DNA from: Candidatus Methylomirabilis oxygeniifera
Lineage (GTDB): Bacteria; Methylomirabilota; Methylomirabilia; Methylomirabilales; Methylomirabilaceae
Length of the DNA stretch: 32,000 nt
Assembly: GCA_000091165.1 (NCBI GenBank)
Contig: FP565575.1
Location: 2,520,001 to 2,552,000, forward strand
Direction of reading: 5' to 3'
The translations under genes and the position numbers were made by a program. The notes beneath the pieces were generated by a model. It did not search any database. It saw only the letters and a program-made list of their open reading frames with translations, and was not told where the DNA came from. Within the stretch, counting starts at the first letter, position 1, and every line of letters starts with the position of its first letter. Below are positions 8,314 to 17,612 of this stretch, one piece after another.

Positions 8314-10608
8314 TCAGACAGTCGCGTCCGAGTCCTCCGGTGAGCGTCCGGCAGGAGCTTGGCCGTCGATGACCGTACGGACCGCCGCAGCCAGGTCGGC
8401 CCGGGAAAATGGCTTCCGAACATAACCGACAACCCCAGAGCCTTCCAGGCTATGCCGGATCTCGTCCGGAGCATAGCCGGTGGCGACCAGCACCTTGACG
8501 TCGTGGTTGAGGGCGCGCAGGGCCGGGATCAGGTCCGCCGCCCCCATCCGGGGCATGACGGCGTCGGTAAGGACCAGCGCAATGCCCGGGTGGGCCCGGA
8601 AGATTTCCAGCGCCTCGGCGCCATTCGAAGCACTGAGGACGGTGTACCCCAAGTTGCTCAGAAGGAGTTCTCCCAACTCCAGGACCATCGGATTGTCCTC
8701 CACCAACAGAAGCGTCTCGGTCCCACACGGCAGCACCTTCTCGGCCGATGGCGCGGCTGTTACCGCGGCGAGAACCAGAGGGAGAAAGACGTGGAAGGCG
8801 CTCCCCTGGCCTTCGGCCGTCTCCACCTCGATCCAGCCCTCGTGCTGCTGAGCGATCCCGTAGACCGAGGCTAAGCCCAAGCCGGTTCCATGCCCAGCCT
8901 CCTTGGTCGTGAAGAAGGGCTCGAAAATGCGATCCCGGATGGCGGCCGGGATGCCGGTCCCGGTATCGGCTATGGTCAGGCAGGCGAAGGCACCCAGTCG
9001 GCGCTCCGGATACCCACCCAGGCTCGCCTCAATCAGCGTAACGGGCGTCAGCCGAAGGGTCAAGGTGCCCCCGTACGGCATAGCATCACGGGCGTTGGTG
9101 GCAAGGTTGAGCAGGATCTGTTGCACCTGGGCGCCATCGGCATTGACAACGAGGGGCTCGCGGGCGGGCTCCAACTCGATCGCGATCGTCTCGGGAAGCG
9201 TTCGCCGCAAGACACTCATCGTCTCTTGAAGCAGCGGGTCCAGGTCCAGCGGCTTCCGTTGCAGCGGGGCCTTCCGCGCAAAGCTCAATACCTGGCCCAC
9301 GAGATCCGCGGCTTGGCGCCCTATCTTCGGTACCCGACTCAGGTGACGGTATTCCTTGCTATCCGGGGGTATTCCCCCCAGAGCCAGTTCCGCAAAGCCG
9401 ATAATCCCGCTTAGGTGATTATTGAAGTCGTGCGCGATCCCCCCGGCCAGGAGGCCGACGGCCTCCAGCTTCTGCGCCTGGCGAAACCGGTCTTCGAGGC
9501 GTCTGCGCTCGGTGATATCCTGTTTGATGGCGATGAAATAGGTAATCTCTCCGCGTTCGTCCCTGACGGGCGTAACGGTTTGATCCTCGGTGTAGAGACT
9601 GCCGTCCTTGCGGCGATTGACCATTTCGCCCTGCCACACCCTTCCGGCAAGGATAGTCTCCCACAGGTTGTGGTAGAACGCCTGGTCGTGTTGGCCCGAC
9701 TTGAGGAGGCGCGGATTCCGGCCGATGGCCTCCTCGGCGGTATAACCGGTCAGTCGCGCAAAGGCCGAGTTGACCCATAGGATCATGCCGCCGCGATCGG
9801 TAATGATGATACCGTTCGCAGCCGCTTCCAGCGCCGCCGCCTGAAGGCGAAGTCGCCCCTCGGCCTGCTTGCGCCCCGTAGTATCCACCAGGACACCGAC
9901 AACGCCGTCGATGCCGCCCCCTGCATTACACAGCGGGGCCGTCCACAGGCTGATGTCGATCGGGGAGCCGTCTTTCTTCCGACGAACGACATCGATGCCG
10001 GCGAGCGTTTCCCCTGCCAGGGCGCGGTCGAGAAGGTTCCGGTACTCCTCGCATTTATTCGGAGGGACGATGGGAAGGGGGCGCCCAAGGACTTCTTCTT
10101 TCTGCCAGCCGAAGATCCGTTCCGCGGCCCGGCTCCACAGCCTGACGTTCCCATCACGATCCAGGATGGTAATACCCGCGGGTGAGGCGTTCATCACCGC
10201 CGCAAGAAGGTCGTACGCCTCTCGCAGGGCCAGCTCCGACCGTTTACGCTCGGTGACATCACGCAAGACCCCCTGGAGGCCTGCAACCCGGCCATCCTCC
10301 AGGATGGGAACCGGCTTTACTTCGACGAACGTACTCGCTCCATCCGAGCGTACGATCTGAGTCTCTATGGTTTCGGCCGAGGCCCCGGTTTCTACCGCGC
10401 GGACAAACAACTCCTTCACACGGTTCAGGTCGATGGGGGCGATAAATTCCAGGAAGTTTCGGCCAATGAGTTGTTCCGGGCTTTCAATGCCGTGGATCCG
10501 GGCCAACGCTCGGTTTGCAAAGGTAACAACGCCCTGGACGTCCACCGCAAACAGCCCGTCGTTAATCTCATTCACCAGCGCGCAACACCTGTCCTCACCT
10601 TCCCGCAT
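8314..10608 (-). CDS. Hybrid sensor histidine kinase: three or more PAS domains, HisKA, HATPase_c, C-terminal receiver
   Basis: NDGLFAVDVQGVVTFANRALARIHG (PAS), LLAGGIAHDFNNHLSGIIG (H-box), NLATNARDAM / GTGIPAAIRDRIFEPFFTTK / GHGTGLGLASVYG (ATPase), TLLLVEDNPMV...VLTDAVMPRMG...VRKPFS (REC). Confidence 0.92.
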   Translation of the reverse strand: MREGEDRCCALVNEINDGLFAVDVQGVVTFANRALARIHGIESPEQLIGRNFLEFIAPIDLNRVKELFVRAVETGASAETIETQIVRSDGASTFVEVKPVPILEDGRVAGLQGVLRDVTERKRSELALREAYDLLAAVMNASPAGITILDRDGNVRLWSRAAERIFGWQKEEVLGRPLPIVPPNKCEEYRNLLDRALAGETLAGIDVVRRKKDGSPIDISLWTAPLCNAGGGIDGVVGVLVDTTGRKQAEGRLRLQAAALEAAANGIIITDRGGMILWVNSAFARLTGYTAEEAIGRNPRLLKSGQHDQAFYHNLWETILAGRVWQGEMVNRRKDGSLYTEDQTVTPVRDERGEITYFIAIKQDITERRRLEDRFRQAQKLEAVGLLAGGIAHDFNNHLSGIIGFAELALGGIPPDSKEYRHLSRVPKIGRQAADLVGQVLSFARKAPLQRKPLDLDPLLQETMSVLRRTLPETIAIELEPAREPLVVNADGAQVQQILLNLATNARDAMPYGGTLTLRLTPVTLIEASLGGYPERRLGAFACLTIADTGTGIPAAIRDRIFEPFFTTKEAGHGTGLGLASVYGIAQQHEGWIEVETAEGQGSAFHVFLPLVLAAVTAAPSAEKVLPCGTETLLLVEDNPMVLELGELLLSNLGYTVLSASNGAEALEIFRAHPGIALVLTDAVMPRMGAADLIPALRALNHDVKVLVATGYAPDEIRHSLEGSGVVGYVRKPFSRADLAAAVRTVIDGQAPAGRSPEDSDATV

Positions 10609-10756
10609 GGCCTGCTCCGTCCGCTGGTGTTCAGCGGTGTCGGCTGATAATGATTGGGCTCCGTCGGTTCATTGGTACGCTCGTCGGTTTGTGCTGGTCA
10701 TTCTCCTCTGCATTTCAGGAGCACATTCGAGCTGGAACCGCCGGAAGAGTGAGTAG

Positions 10757-12550
10757 CTATGGAGCATCGTGTGGCGGCTCGGCGGCGTTCACGGGGACGC
10801 TGATACGGCTGAGCCGCTGGCGAAGCATGTCGTGCTCCTGCTGAATCTGAACGGGCAGGCGTGGGGCAAGTCGGTCGAAGAACAGGCCTTGCTCCGCGTG
10901 CTCCGCATCCCAGGCATCGGCGTCGATCCTCAACAGCTCGTCCGCTGCTCCGTCCGGCAGTCTCAGCCCGTCCAAGTCCAACGCATCAGGCGCAGGAATC
11001 AACCCGATAGGGGTCTCGACGGCCTTGCCCTGACCGCGAACCCGCTCCAGGATCCACTTCAGGACGCGAATATTATCACCAAATCCTGGCCAGAGGAACC
11101 GACCGTTCTGGTCGGTTCGAAACCAGTTGACATGAAAGATCGCGGGGGGGTGAGCGATTCGCGTCCCCATGTCGAGCCAATGAGCGAAATAGTCGGCCAT
11201 GTGATAGCCGCAGAATGGGACCATCGCCATCGGGTCGCGCCTGGTGACCCCGACCGCGCCCGACTGGGCGGCTGTCGTCTCGGAGGCCATACCGGCCCCG
11301 ACGAAGACGCCGTGCTGCCAACCGTATGACTGATAGACGAGTGGCGCGACGCGAGCGCGGCGTCCGCCAAAGAGAATCGCCGAAATAGGGACGCCCTCCG
11401 GGTCCTCCCAACTGGGGGAGATCGATGGGCACTGCCTGGCGGCCATCGTGAAACGCGAGTTAGGATGGGCCGCCGCCCCTTCCCCTGAGGTCCATGGATT
11501 GCCTCGCCAATCAACGAGACCATTGGGAGGCGTCGGGTCTTTTCCCTCCCACCACGGCTCTCCGTCTGGGGTCACGGCGACGTTGGTAAAGATCGTATTG
11601 CGATCGACCGCCGCCATGATGTTGGGGTTTGTCTTGACGCTGGTGCCCGGCGCCACACCGAAGAACCCGGCCTCCGGATTGATGGCCCGCAGCCGCCCGT
11701 CTGGCCCGATGTGCATCCAGGCGATGTCATCGCCCACGGTCCACACCTTGTAGCCCGAAAGCTGTAGAGGGGCGACAAGCATCGCCAAGTTGGTCTTGCC
11801 GCAAGCGCTCGGAAAGGCGGCCGCCATATAGGTGACCTGCCCCGATGGATCTTCCACCCCGATGATCAGGGTATGCTCGGCCAACCAGCCCTCCTCTCGA
11901 CCGATCCAACTGGCAATACGAAGGGAGTGGCATTTCTTTCCCAACAGGGCGTTACCCCCATACCCCGAGCCGATGCTCCAGATGAGTCGCTCCTCGGGGA
12001 AGTGGAGGATAAAGCGACGGTCCGGACTCAGGTCCCCGAGTGAATGCAGACCGCGAACAAAGCTGTCCGACCCGCCCAGTCGCTCAAGCGCGATCTTTCC
12101 CATGCGGGTCATGAGCCGCATGTTGACAACCACATAGGGGCTGTCGGTAATCTCTACCCCGACCCTGCTGTAGGGAGAACCGGCCGGGCCCATCAGATAC
12201 GGGACGACAAACATCGTCCGGCCCTTCATGCTGCCTTCAAAGAGCTTCCCGACCCCGGCGCGCGCCTCTGAAGGCTCCATCCAGTTATTCGTAGGACCGG
12301 CGTCCTCCTTTCGGGACGTACAGATGAAAGTCAGGTGCTCGGTCCGTGCAACATCCGACGGATGGCTGCGATGCAGGTAGCACCCCGGATAGCGCTGATG
12401 GTTCAGGCCGATCAAGGTCCCGTCCCGGAGCATCCCGTCAACCAGAACCTGACGCTCCTCCTCTGACCCGTCACACCAGTAGATCCGATCCGGTCGGGTC
12501 ACTCGCGCCACTTGATCCACCCATTGCTCTAACGCTCTATGTTGAGGCAT
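10757..12550 (-). CDS. pckG: Phosphoenolpyruvate carboxykinase (GTP)
   Basis: RVTRPDRIYWCDGSEEERQVL..., YLMGPAGSPYSRVGVEITDSPYVV, MAAAFPSACGKTNLAML, FGGRRA; internal Met at 12550 is the more likely start than 12640. Confidence 0.93.
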   Translation of the reverse strand: MPQHRALEQWVDQVARVTRPDRIYWCDGSEEERQVLVDGMLRDGTLIGLNHQRYPGCYLHRSHPSDVARTEHLTFICTSRKEDAGPTNNWMEPSEARAGVGKLFEGSMKGRTMFVVPYLMGPAGSPYSRVGVEITDSPYVVVNMRLMTRMGKIALERLGGSDSFVRGLHSLGDLSPDRRFILHFPEERLIWSIGSGYGGNALLGKKCHSLRIASWIGREEGWLAEHTLIIGVEDPSGQVTYMAAAFPSACGKTNLAMLVAPLQLSGYKVWTVGDDIAWMHIGPDGRLRAINPEAGFFGVAPGTSVKTNPNIMAAVDRNTIFTNVAVTPDGEPWWEGKDPTPPNGLVDWRGNPWTSGEGAAAHPNSRFTMAARQCPSISPSWEDPEGVPISAILFGGRRARVAPLVYQSYGWQHGVFVGAGMASETTAAQSGAVGVTRRDPMAMVPFCGYHMADYFAHWLDMGTRIAHPPAIFHVNWFRTDQNGRFLWPGFGDNIRVLKWILERVRGQGKAVETPIGLIPAPDALDLDGLRLPDGAADELLRIDADAWDAEHAEQGLFFDRLAPRLPVQIQQEHDMLRQRLSRISVPVNAAEPPHDAP

Positions 12551-12690
12551 CTTGTCTCCTGACGATACTGCGTGGGTTGCCGGCTCGCCCGTGGGGGCAA
12601 AGTCTCGCGCAAAGACCTTCGGAGGCTCCATCACCCTCATCCTCCCCTCCGGGTACCCTCCAGGTGCGGAGAGGAGCTATTTGTCGGCAC

Positions 12691-12731
12691 CTCTCGCCCT
12701 CTTTAGGGAGAGAGAGGGCCAGGGTGAGGGG
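12691..12731. repeat. Dispersed-type inverted element (CTCGCCCTCTTTAGGGAGAGAGAGGGCCAGGGTGAGGGG)
   Basis: Resembles the recurrent 'CCCCTCACCCTGGCCCTCTC...' intergenic element; partial hairpin CCCTCTttAGGGAGAG. Only one copy seen here. Confidence 0.4.
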
Positions 12732-12749
12732 GCTTTCCAACTAAGGAGA

Positions 12750-12824
12750 TGGCTCCCCGGGTAGGACTCGAACCTACAACCTAGCGGTTAACAGCCGCTC
12801 GCTCCACCGTTGAGCTACCGGGGA
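12750..12824 (-). tRNA. tRNA-Asn (anticodon GTT), CCA encoded
   Basis: TCCCCGGTAGCTCAACGGTGGAGCGAGCGGCTGTTAACCGCTAGGTTGTAGGTTCGAGTCCTACCCGGGGAGCCA; full cloverleaf possible by eye. Confidence 0.93.
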
Positions 12825-12841
12825 TCAATAGCAGTCTAAAA

Positions 12842-12862
12842 ACAGCCTTCAGCGGTCAGCGG
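12842..12862 (+). repeat. TCAGC heptamer-type repeat (short copy)
   Basis: acagccTTCAGCGGTCAGCggg; same 7-nt-spaced CAGC units as at 17.07, 17.61, 29.47 and 29.68 kb. Confidence 0.55.
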
Positions 12863-12977
12863 GGAGGTAGGATTCTCAGCCGCATCTGGTGTCTTCCTTA
12901 TTGTTGCTGAAAGCTTCGTTGTAATTTAGCGCACTCGATCGGCGTGAGCAACGACTTTTTGACCTGTTACGACTGCG

Positions 12978-13577
12978 TCATACTTCCCGACGCCCCTCCA
13001 ATGACTTGGACAGCGTCACCTCATCGGCGTACTCCAGGTCGCTGCCCATCGGCAGGCCGCGCGCGATTCGCGTCACCCGAACGGCTAACGGCTTCAGCAG
13101 GCGAGAAAGGTACATCGCGGTTGCCTCGCCCTCGACGTTCGGGTTCGTCGCCAGGATCACCTCCTTGACCTCCCCTCCCTCCAGACGCTGCAGAAGGGCC
13201 TTGGCCGTGAGTTGATCGGGGCCGCGTCCCTCCAACGGCGACAGCGACCCCCCGAGCACATGGTATCGCCCCTTGAAGGTTGCCGTCTTCTCGATGGCCC
13301 AGAGGTCGTTTGCCTCTTCCACCACGCACAACACCGATCCGTCTCGAGTCGGGTCGACACAGATGGGACACTGCTCGCCTTCAGAGATGTTGTAGCACAC
13401 GGCACAGCTTCGGATCCGATCTTTCAGCTCGATAATGGCCTGGGCCAACGCAATCGCCTCTTCCCTGCCGGCTTTGAGCAGGTGAAATGTCAGGCGTTGG
13501 GCGGTCTTGGGGCCGATACCGGGAAGGCGAACCAGTTCACCGATCAGCCGGACCAGGGTGGGCGCGTAGCGGGACAT
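12978..13577 (-). CDS. recR: Recombination protein RecR
   Basis: [24 protein letters not shown], zinc finger [16 protein letters not shown], Toprim [13 protein letters not shown]. Confidence 0.96.
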   Translation of the reverse strand: MSRYAPTLVRLIGELVRLPGIGPKTAQRLTFHLLKAGREEAIALAQAIIELKDRIRSCAVCYNISEGEQCPICVDPTRDGSVLCVVEEANDLWAIEKTATFKGRYHVLGGSLSPLEGRGPDQLTAKALLQRLEGGEVKEVILATNPNVEGEATAMYLSRLLKPLAVRVTRIARGLPMGSDLEYADEVTLSKSLEGRREV

Positions 13578-13584
13578 GGCGTGG

Positions 13585-13899
13585 CTACATCAGTCCAGGG
13601 GGCAGCCCCAGCCCGCCGGTCAGACGACCCATCTCCTGGCTCAACAGCTCGCGCGCCTTTCGGAGCGCCTCATTCGTCGCAGCCACAACGAGGTCCTGCA
13701 GCATCTCTAGTTCGTCCGGGCCGGCGACCTCTGGGTCGATCTTCACCGCGACGACTTCACCCTGACCGTTACACACCACGGTAACCATCCCGCCGCCAGC
13801 TGTCCCTTCCACCCGTTTTGTCGCCGCCTCCGCCTGAATCCTATCGGCTTCGGCCTTCATCCGCTGCGCCTGCTTCATCAAGTTGCCGAGGTTCTTCAT
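13585..13899 (-). CDS. ebfC: YbaB/EbfC nucleoid-associated protein
   Basis: [57 protein letters not shown]; lies between recR and dnaX. Confidence 0.94.
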   Translation of the reverse strand: MKNLGNLMKQAQRMKAEADRIQAEAATKRVEGTAGGGMVTVVCNGQGEVVAVKIDPEVAGPDELEMLQDLVVAATNEALRKARELLSQEMGRLTGGLGLPPGLM

Positions 13900-13918
13900 C
13901 GCATTCTCCCATCATGCC

Positions 13919-15724
13919 CTATTCGGGCTGTTTCGCCCTGACCCGAACGACTTGGCCGTCAAACAGCTCCACGGCCCGGCGTACTAAGGGATGGCGCCGC
14001 AGCGCCTCCTGATCGGACGGCGCCATCCGCTGCTCCGTGACGGCTCTCTGCTGGGGGTCGCGCAGCCGGCTGCGCACCTCGCCGGACGGCTGAGACTGAT
14101 TCAGCTCGCCCTGGCCGGTAGTGCGTTGCGTCGCACCGCCCGTAGTGGATCGAGTCGAGCTGCCGGCGGAGAGCCCGGCTGAATCGCTCCCTGCCGGTAC
14201 GGTGTTCGAGGTCTGGAATCGATACTCAACCGCCAGGGACCGCCCAAAGACTTCGGCCGCAGCTCCAGCCACAAGACGCCGGTTTTCAGGGTCGTCCAGC
14301 GTTGATCGCGTAAAGGTGTTCCCGTTTCCCAGCATGACAATGAGCCTGTCTTGCTCAAGCGTTACCTCCTGCGCCGCGATGAGCAGGGCAGCAAGAGACC
14401 GCTTTTTCTGTTCCAACAGCCGCGTCATGCGACTCCAGCCTTCCTGTGGGCCCGTAGCGCTATCGGATGGAGCGGACGGCGGCGCTTCGACCGGCTGGCG
14501 GGTGGCCACGGGTCGTACGGCAGGGACAGCAGCGAGCAGAGGGAGCGCCGAGGGCTTAGGGTCGGCTACGCGACCGGCCGGCAACTTCTCCTCCAAAGCG
14601 GCCAGGCGCGTCAAAAGCGCCTCAAGCGTTTGCAGTGACCGGGCTTCTGTCGCCTCGACCAGCGCCATCTCCAGGACAAACCGCGGATGCGAAGCCCGTC
14701 GCATGTCGAACTCGGCCCGACTCAGAACCTGAAAGACTGTTTCGAGGTCTGCAAGCGTCAGGGCTGCCGCCTGCGCTCGAATCGTGTCCAGCGGTACGCG
14801 GCTCAACTGCAGTAATGGGGCGGGATCTTTGCTCGCTTTCGAAACCATCAGATCGCGCAGGTGGGCCAGCAGTTCCTGACAGAACCGCTGAAGGTCGTCA
14901 CCTCGAGCGCTGAGCGACTCAACGACTGCCAGGGCGCTGCTGCTGTCGCGCTCAATAATCGCCTGCGTGGTCTGCGCCAGCAGTTCTCCCTCTACCAGTC
15001 CCAGCACGACCGCGACGTCTTCCTCACTGACCGCGTCGCCGCTATAGGCGATGGCCTGATCCAGAAGACTTTGGGCGTCCCTGAGGCTCCCCTCTGCGGC
15101 GCGAGCGATCGCCTTCATGGCGCCGTCGGACACGGCAGCCCCTTCCTCGCAAGCGATCTGCTGAAGTCGCGGGAGGATCTCTGTCTGTCCCAAACGTCGA
15201 AAGTCGTGGCGCTGGCAACGCGAGAGAATGGTCGGCGGGATTTTGTGTGCGTGCGTGGTCGCCAGGATGAAGATGACCCCGGGTGGCGGCTCCTCGAGCG
15301 TCTTCAGTAACGCATTGAAGGCCGGTTCGGTCAGCATATGGACTTCATCGATGATGATGACCTTACACTTGTCGCGCGACGGGGCATACCGTACGATCTC
15401 TCGCAACTCTCGGACTTCGTCGATCCCCCTATTGGAGGCACCGTCGATCTCCAGACAGTCGACGGAGCGGCCCGTCGCAATCGCATTGCAGCTCGCACAC
15501 TCGCTGCATGGCTCGGACGTGCGGCCCCGCTCACAATTGAGAGCCTTTGCCAGGATGCGGGCGGTCGTCGTCTTCCCGACCCCGCGCGGACCTGCAAAGA
15601 GCAGGGCGTGGGCCACGCGGTCTTTGGCGATGGCGTTCTTCAAGGTCTGGGTGACCGGCCGCTGGCCCACGACCTCATCGAAGTTCTGGGGCCGCCATCG
15701 TCTGGCAAGCACGAGGTATGACAT
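13919..15724 (-). CDS. dnaX: DNA polymerase III subunit gamma/tau
   Basis: MSYLVLARRWRPQNFDEVVGQRPVTQTLKNAIAKDRVAHALLFAGPRGVGKTTTARILAKALNC. Confidence 0.96.
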   Translation of the reverse strand: MSYLVLARRWRPQNFDEVVGQRPVTQTLKNAIAKDRVAHALLFAGPRGVGKTTTARILAKALNCERGRTSEPCSECASCNAIATGRSVDCLEIDGASNRGIDEVRELREIVRYAPSRDKCKVIIIDEVHMLTEPAFNALLKTLEEPPPGVIFILATTHAHKIPPTILSRCQRHDFRRLGQTEILPRLQQIACEEGAAVSDGAMKAIARAAEGSLRDAQSLLDQAIAYSGDAVSEEDVAVVLGLVEGELLAQTTQAIIERDSSSALAVVESLSARGDDLQRFCQELLAHLRDLMVSKASKDPAPLLQLSRVPLDTIRAQAAALTLADLETVFQVLSRAEFDMRRASHPRFVLEMALVEATEARSLQTLEALLTRLAALEEKLPAGRVADPKPSALPLLAAVPAVRPVATRQPVEAPPSAPSDSATGPQEGWSRMTRLLEQKKRSLAALLIAAQEVTLEQDRLIVMLGNGNTFTRSTLDDPENRRLVAGAAAEVFGRSLAVEYRFQTSNTVPAGSDSAGLSAGSSTRSTTGGATQRTTGQGELNQSQPSGEVRSRLRDPQQRAVTEQRMAPSDQEALRRHPLVRRAVELFDGQVVRVRAKQPE

Positions 15725-15732
15725 ATAAACCC

Positions 15733-15812
15733 AGGGTATAGGGTATAGGGTCTAGGGTATAGGGTCTAGGGAGAAGGGCCTGCTATACCCTAGACCCTCC
15801 CCCCTAGACCCT
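15733..15812. repeat. GGGTATA/GGGTCTA heptamer inverted repeat between dnaX and SRP RNA
   Basis: Five perfect 7-nt units AGGGTAT AGGGTAT AGGGTCT AGGGTAT AGGGTCT (15733-15767), then CTATACCCTAGACCCT (15783-15798), exact 16-nt reverse complement of 15747-15762. Confidence 0.85.
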
Positions 15813-15819
15813 GCTGTAC

Positions 15820-16092
15820 TTGGCCGTGCACCCGCCGTCGATCGCGGCTGCCGGGCTGTGCGTGTGATCGAGGCTCCGGCCGAGCTTCCCCGCGGCACAG
15901 GAGCCTGTCTGTTTACCGTTGCTTCCTTCCGGATCTGGCGGGGTTCACAAACTCTCCTTGCGTGGGACCCAACCATCATCACACCGATCACAGGCCATTG
16001 CTCGACAACTTTAAACCTCGGGCGGGAATTCGATCCCGCTAGAGCGGATTGCGGGTACAGGGCACCGCTAACTCCCCATCTAGCACGGCCAA
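15820..16092 (-). ncRNA. ffs: Signal recognition particle RNA, apparently the large bacterial type with Alu domain
   Basis: Core: GTGAACCCCGCCAGATCCGGAAGGAAGCAACGGTAAAC. 5' part GGCCGTGCTAGATGGGGAGTTAGCGGTGCCCTGTACCCGCAATCCGCTCTAGCGGGATCGAATTCCCGCCCGAGG resembles B. subtilis scRNA; 3' ...GGGTGCACGGCC can pair with 5' GGCCGTGC; also GTGATCG/CGATCAC pairing inside. Located just upstream of dnaX. Confidence 0.88.
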
Positions 16093-16104
16093 GTCTATTC
16101 CTGC

Positions 16105-17055
16105 TCACGACAACGCATCCGGCCCCATGCCGGTTTCTATCAACTGCTTACTGTATTCTGCAATCCCTCGATCGATCGGATACTTCGGAACATAGTCCAA
16201 TTCCGCACGCGCGAGGCTCACGTCGGCCTCGGTGTGCGGCTGATAGAATGGGTACGGGTTATCAAAGTAGTCGGGCTCATAGTCGGTCCCGAGGGCCTTA
16301 TTCAACAACGCAATGACCTCATTGAACGAGGTGGGGCGCCCGGAACCGACATTGTAGACGCCGCTGTGATTGGCCTCTGCGGCCAGCAGCGTCGCCTCCA
16401 CAACGTCTTTCACGTACACAAAGTCGCGTGCCTGCTCCCCCCGCTTAAAGATCCGCGGCCGCTTGCCCGATTGAATCTGCTTCGCCAACTGGTAGATCAT
16501 GCTGGCTGCAGCTCCTTTGTGAGTTTCGCCGGGTCCATATACATTAAAGTACCGGAGCCCGACAATTCTGAAGCCTCCCGAAACATCATCAAGACGCTTG
16601 GCCAGATTTTCCAGGAGCGTCTTCGAAAAGGCATACACGTTGGCAGGGCGGATAGGCTGATCCTCCTGCATCCGGCCCGAGCGGCAGACACCGTAGACGG
16701 CGGCAGAAGAGGCATAGATTAGGGGCGTCCCGGAGGCGCGGGCGAACTCCGCCACCCGCCGAAAGCCTTCCACATTATTCCAAATCATCTGCTGCGCATC
16801 GGTGACGGTTGTATCGGTGATTGAAGCCAGATGAAATACCACCTGAAATTCACCCGGCTGAAACCGGCCGAGAAGATCTAGCCCTGCAAGATCCTGGGCC
16901 ACCAGATCGCCTCGAAATCCAATGAGATTGCTGTACTCACCAGAACGAAAGTCATCGATGATGGTGATCCGAATGTCCGGGTATCGCCTCTCCAGCTCCA
17001 GGACCAGATTCGACCCAATAAAACCGGCTCCACCCGTAATCAGCGCACTTTCCAT
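16105..17055 (-). CDS. hldD: NAD-dependent sugar epimerase, most like ADP-glyceromanno-heptose 6-epimerase
   Basis: ALITGGAGFIGSNLV, LIYASSAAVYG, NVYAFSK, LRYFNVYGPGETHKGAAASMI, RGEQARDFVYVKDVV. Exact substrate uncertain. Confidence 0.7.
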   Translation of the reverse strand: MESALITGGAGFIGSNLVLELERRYPDIRITIIDDFRSGEYSNLIGFRGDLVAQDLAGLDLLGRFQPGEFQVVFHLASITDTTVTDAQQMIWNNVEGFRRVAEFARASGTPLIYASSAAVYGVCRSGRMQEDQPIRPANVYAFSKTLLENLAKRLDDVSGGFRIVGLRYFNVYGPGETHKGAAASMIYQLAKQIQSGKRPRIFKRGEQARDFVYVKDVVEATLLAAEANHSGVYNVGSGRPTSFNEVIALLNKALGTDYEPDYFDNPYPFYQPHTEADVSLARAELDYVPKYPIDRGIAEYSKQLIETGMGPDALS

Positions 17056-17067
17056 CTTCCTCCAGCA

Positions 17068-17125
17068 AACAGCATTCAGCGATCAGCTTTCGGTTTGTGC
17101 TGTCGGCTGACCGTTGATAGCTTCT
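17068..17125. repeat. TCAGC heptamer-type inverted repeat
   Basis: AACAGCATTCAGCGATCAGCTTTCggtttgtgctgtcGGCTGACCGTTGATAGC; inverted arms with about 7-nt periodic CAGC/GCTGA units. Confidence 0.65.
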
Positions 17126-17129
17126 TCAG

Positions 17130-17219
17130 TGGCGGAGAGGCCGGGATTCGAACCCGGGGCAGAGTTTCCCCTGCTCACGCTTTCCAGGCGTGCCAGTTAA
17201 ACCGCTCCTGCACCTCTCC
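17130..17219 (-). tRNA. tRNA-Ser (anticodon GGA), CCA encoded
   Basis: GGAGAGGTGCAGGAGCGGTTTAACTGGCACGCCTGGAAAGCGTG...GGTTCGAATCCCGGCCTCTCCGCCA; long variable arm. Confidence 0.93.
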
Positions 17220-17225
17220 GCAAGA

Positions 17226-17307
17226 ATAGGGTCTTAGGGTATAGCGTATAGGGTTTAGGGGGTCAGACTCTCTTCGAGGCTCTTCAGCCTTTACCCTATA
17301 CCCTAAC
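17226..17307. repeat. GGGTATA-family inverted repeat
   Basis: ATAGGGTCTTAGGGTATAGCGTATAGGGTTTAGGGG ... TTTACCCTATACCCTAA in the spacer between tRNA-Ser(GGA) and tRNA-Ser(CGA). Confidence 0.8.
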
Positions 17308-17314
17308 TTTTCAG

Positions 17315-17404
17315 TGGCGGAGAGGGGGGGATTCGAACCCCCGGAGCAGTTACCCGCTCAGCGGTTTTCGAGACCGCCCGATTCAACCACTCTCGCACCT
17401 CTCC
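17315..17404 (-). tRNA. tRNA-Ser (anticodon CGA), CCA encoded
   Basis: GGAGAGGTGCGAGAGTGGTTGAATCGGGCGGTCTCGAAAACCGCTG...CCCCCTCTCCGCCA; long variable arm. Confidence 0.93.
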
Positions 17405-17412
17405 ACAAGACA

Positions 17413-17504
17413 ATAGGGTTTAGGGTGTAGGGGGTAGGGTAAAAAGGGGGCCGCTCTCCATCGGGGCTCTTCACCCTTTACCCTATACCCTTCACCCTAT
17501 ACCC
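17413..17504. repeat. GGGTATA-family inverted repeat
   Basis: ATAGGGTTTAGGGTGTAGGGGGTAGGGTAAA ... CACCCTTTACCCTATACCCTTCACCCTATACCCTG in the spacer between tRNA-Ser(CGA) and tRNA-Ser(GCT). Confidence 0.8.
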
Positions 17505-17514
17505 TGCTTTTTAT

Positions 17515-17606
17515 TGGCGGAGAGGCCGGGATTCGAACCCGGGCTGCACCTTTCGGCACAGACTCGCTTAGCAGGCGAGCACCTTCGGCCACTCGGTCAC
17601 CTCTCC
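17515..17606 (-). tRNA. tRNA-Ser (anticodon GCT), CCA encoded
   Basis: GGAGAGGTGACCGAGTGGCCGAAGGTGCTCGCCTGCTAAGCGAGTCTG...CCTCTCCGCCA. Confidence 0.93.
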
Positions 17607-17612
17607 GCAAAA

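Noticed and set aside
13919-15724. Programmed frameshift in dnaX producing a gamma form
   Set aside because: No A-AAA-AAG type slippery heptamer was noticed in the coding strand; not supported from sequence by eye.
15858-16316. 152-aa plus-strand ORF
   Set aside because: Overlaps the SRP RNA on the opposite strand and the hldD-like gene; composition shows no protein family features.
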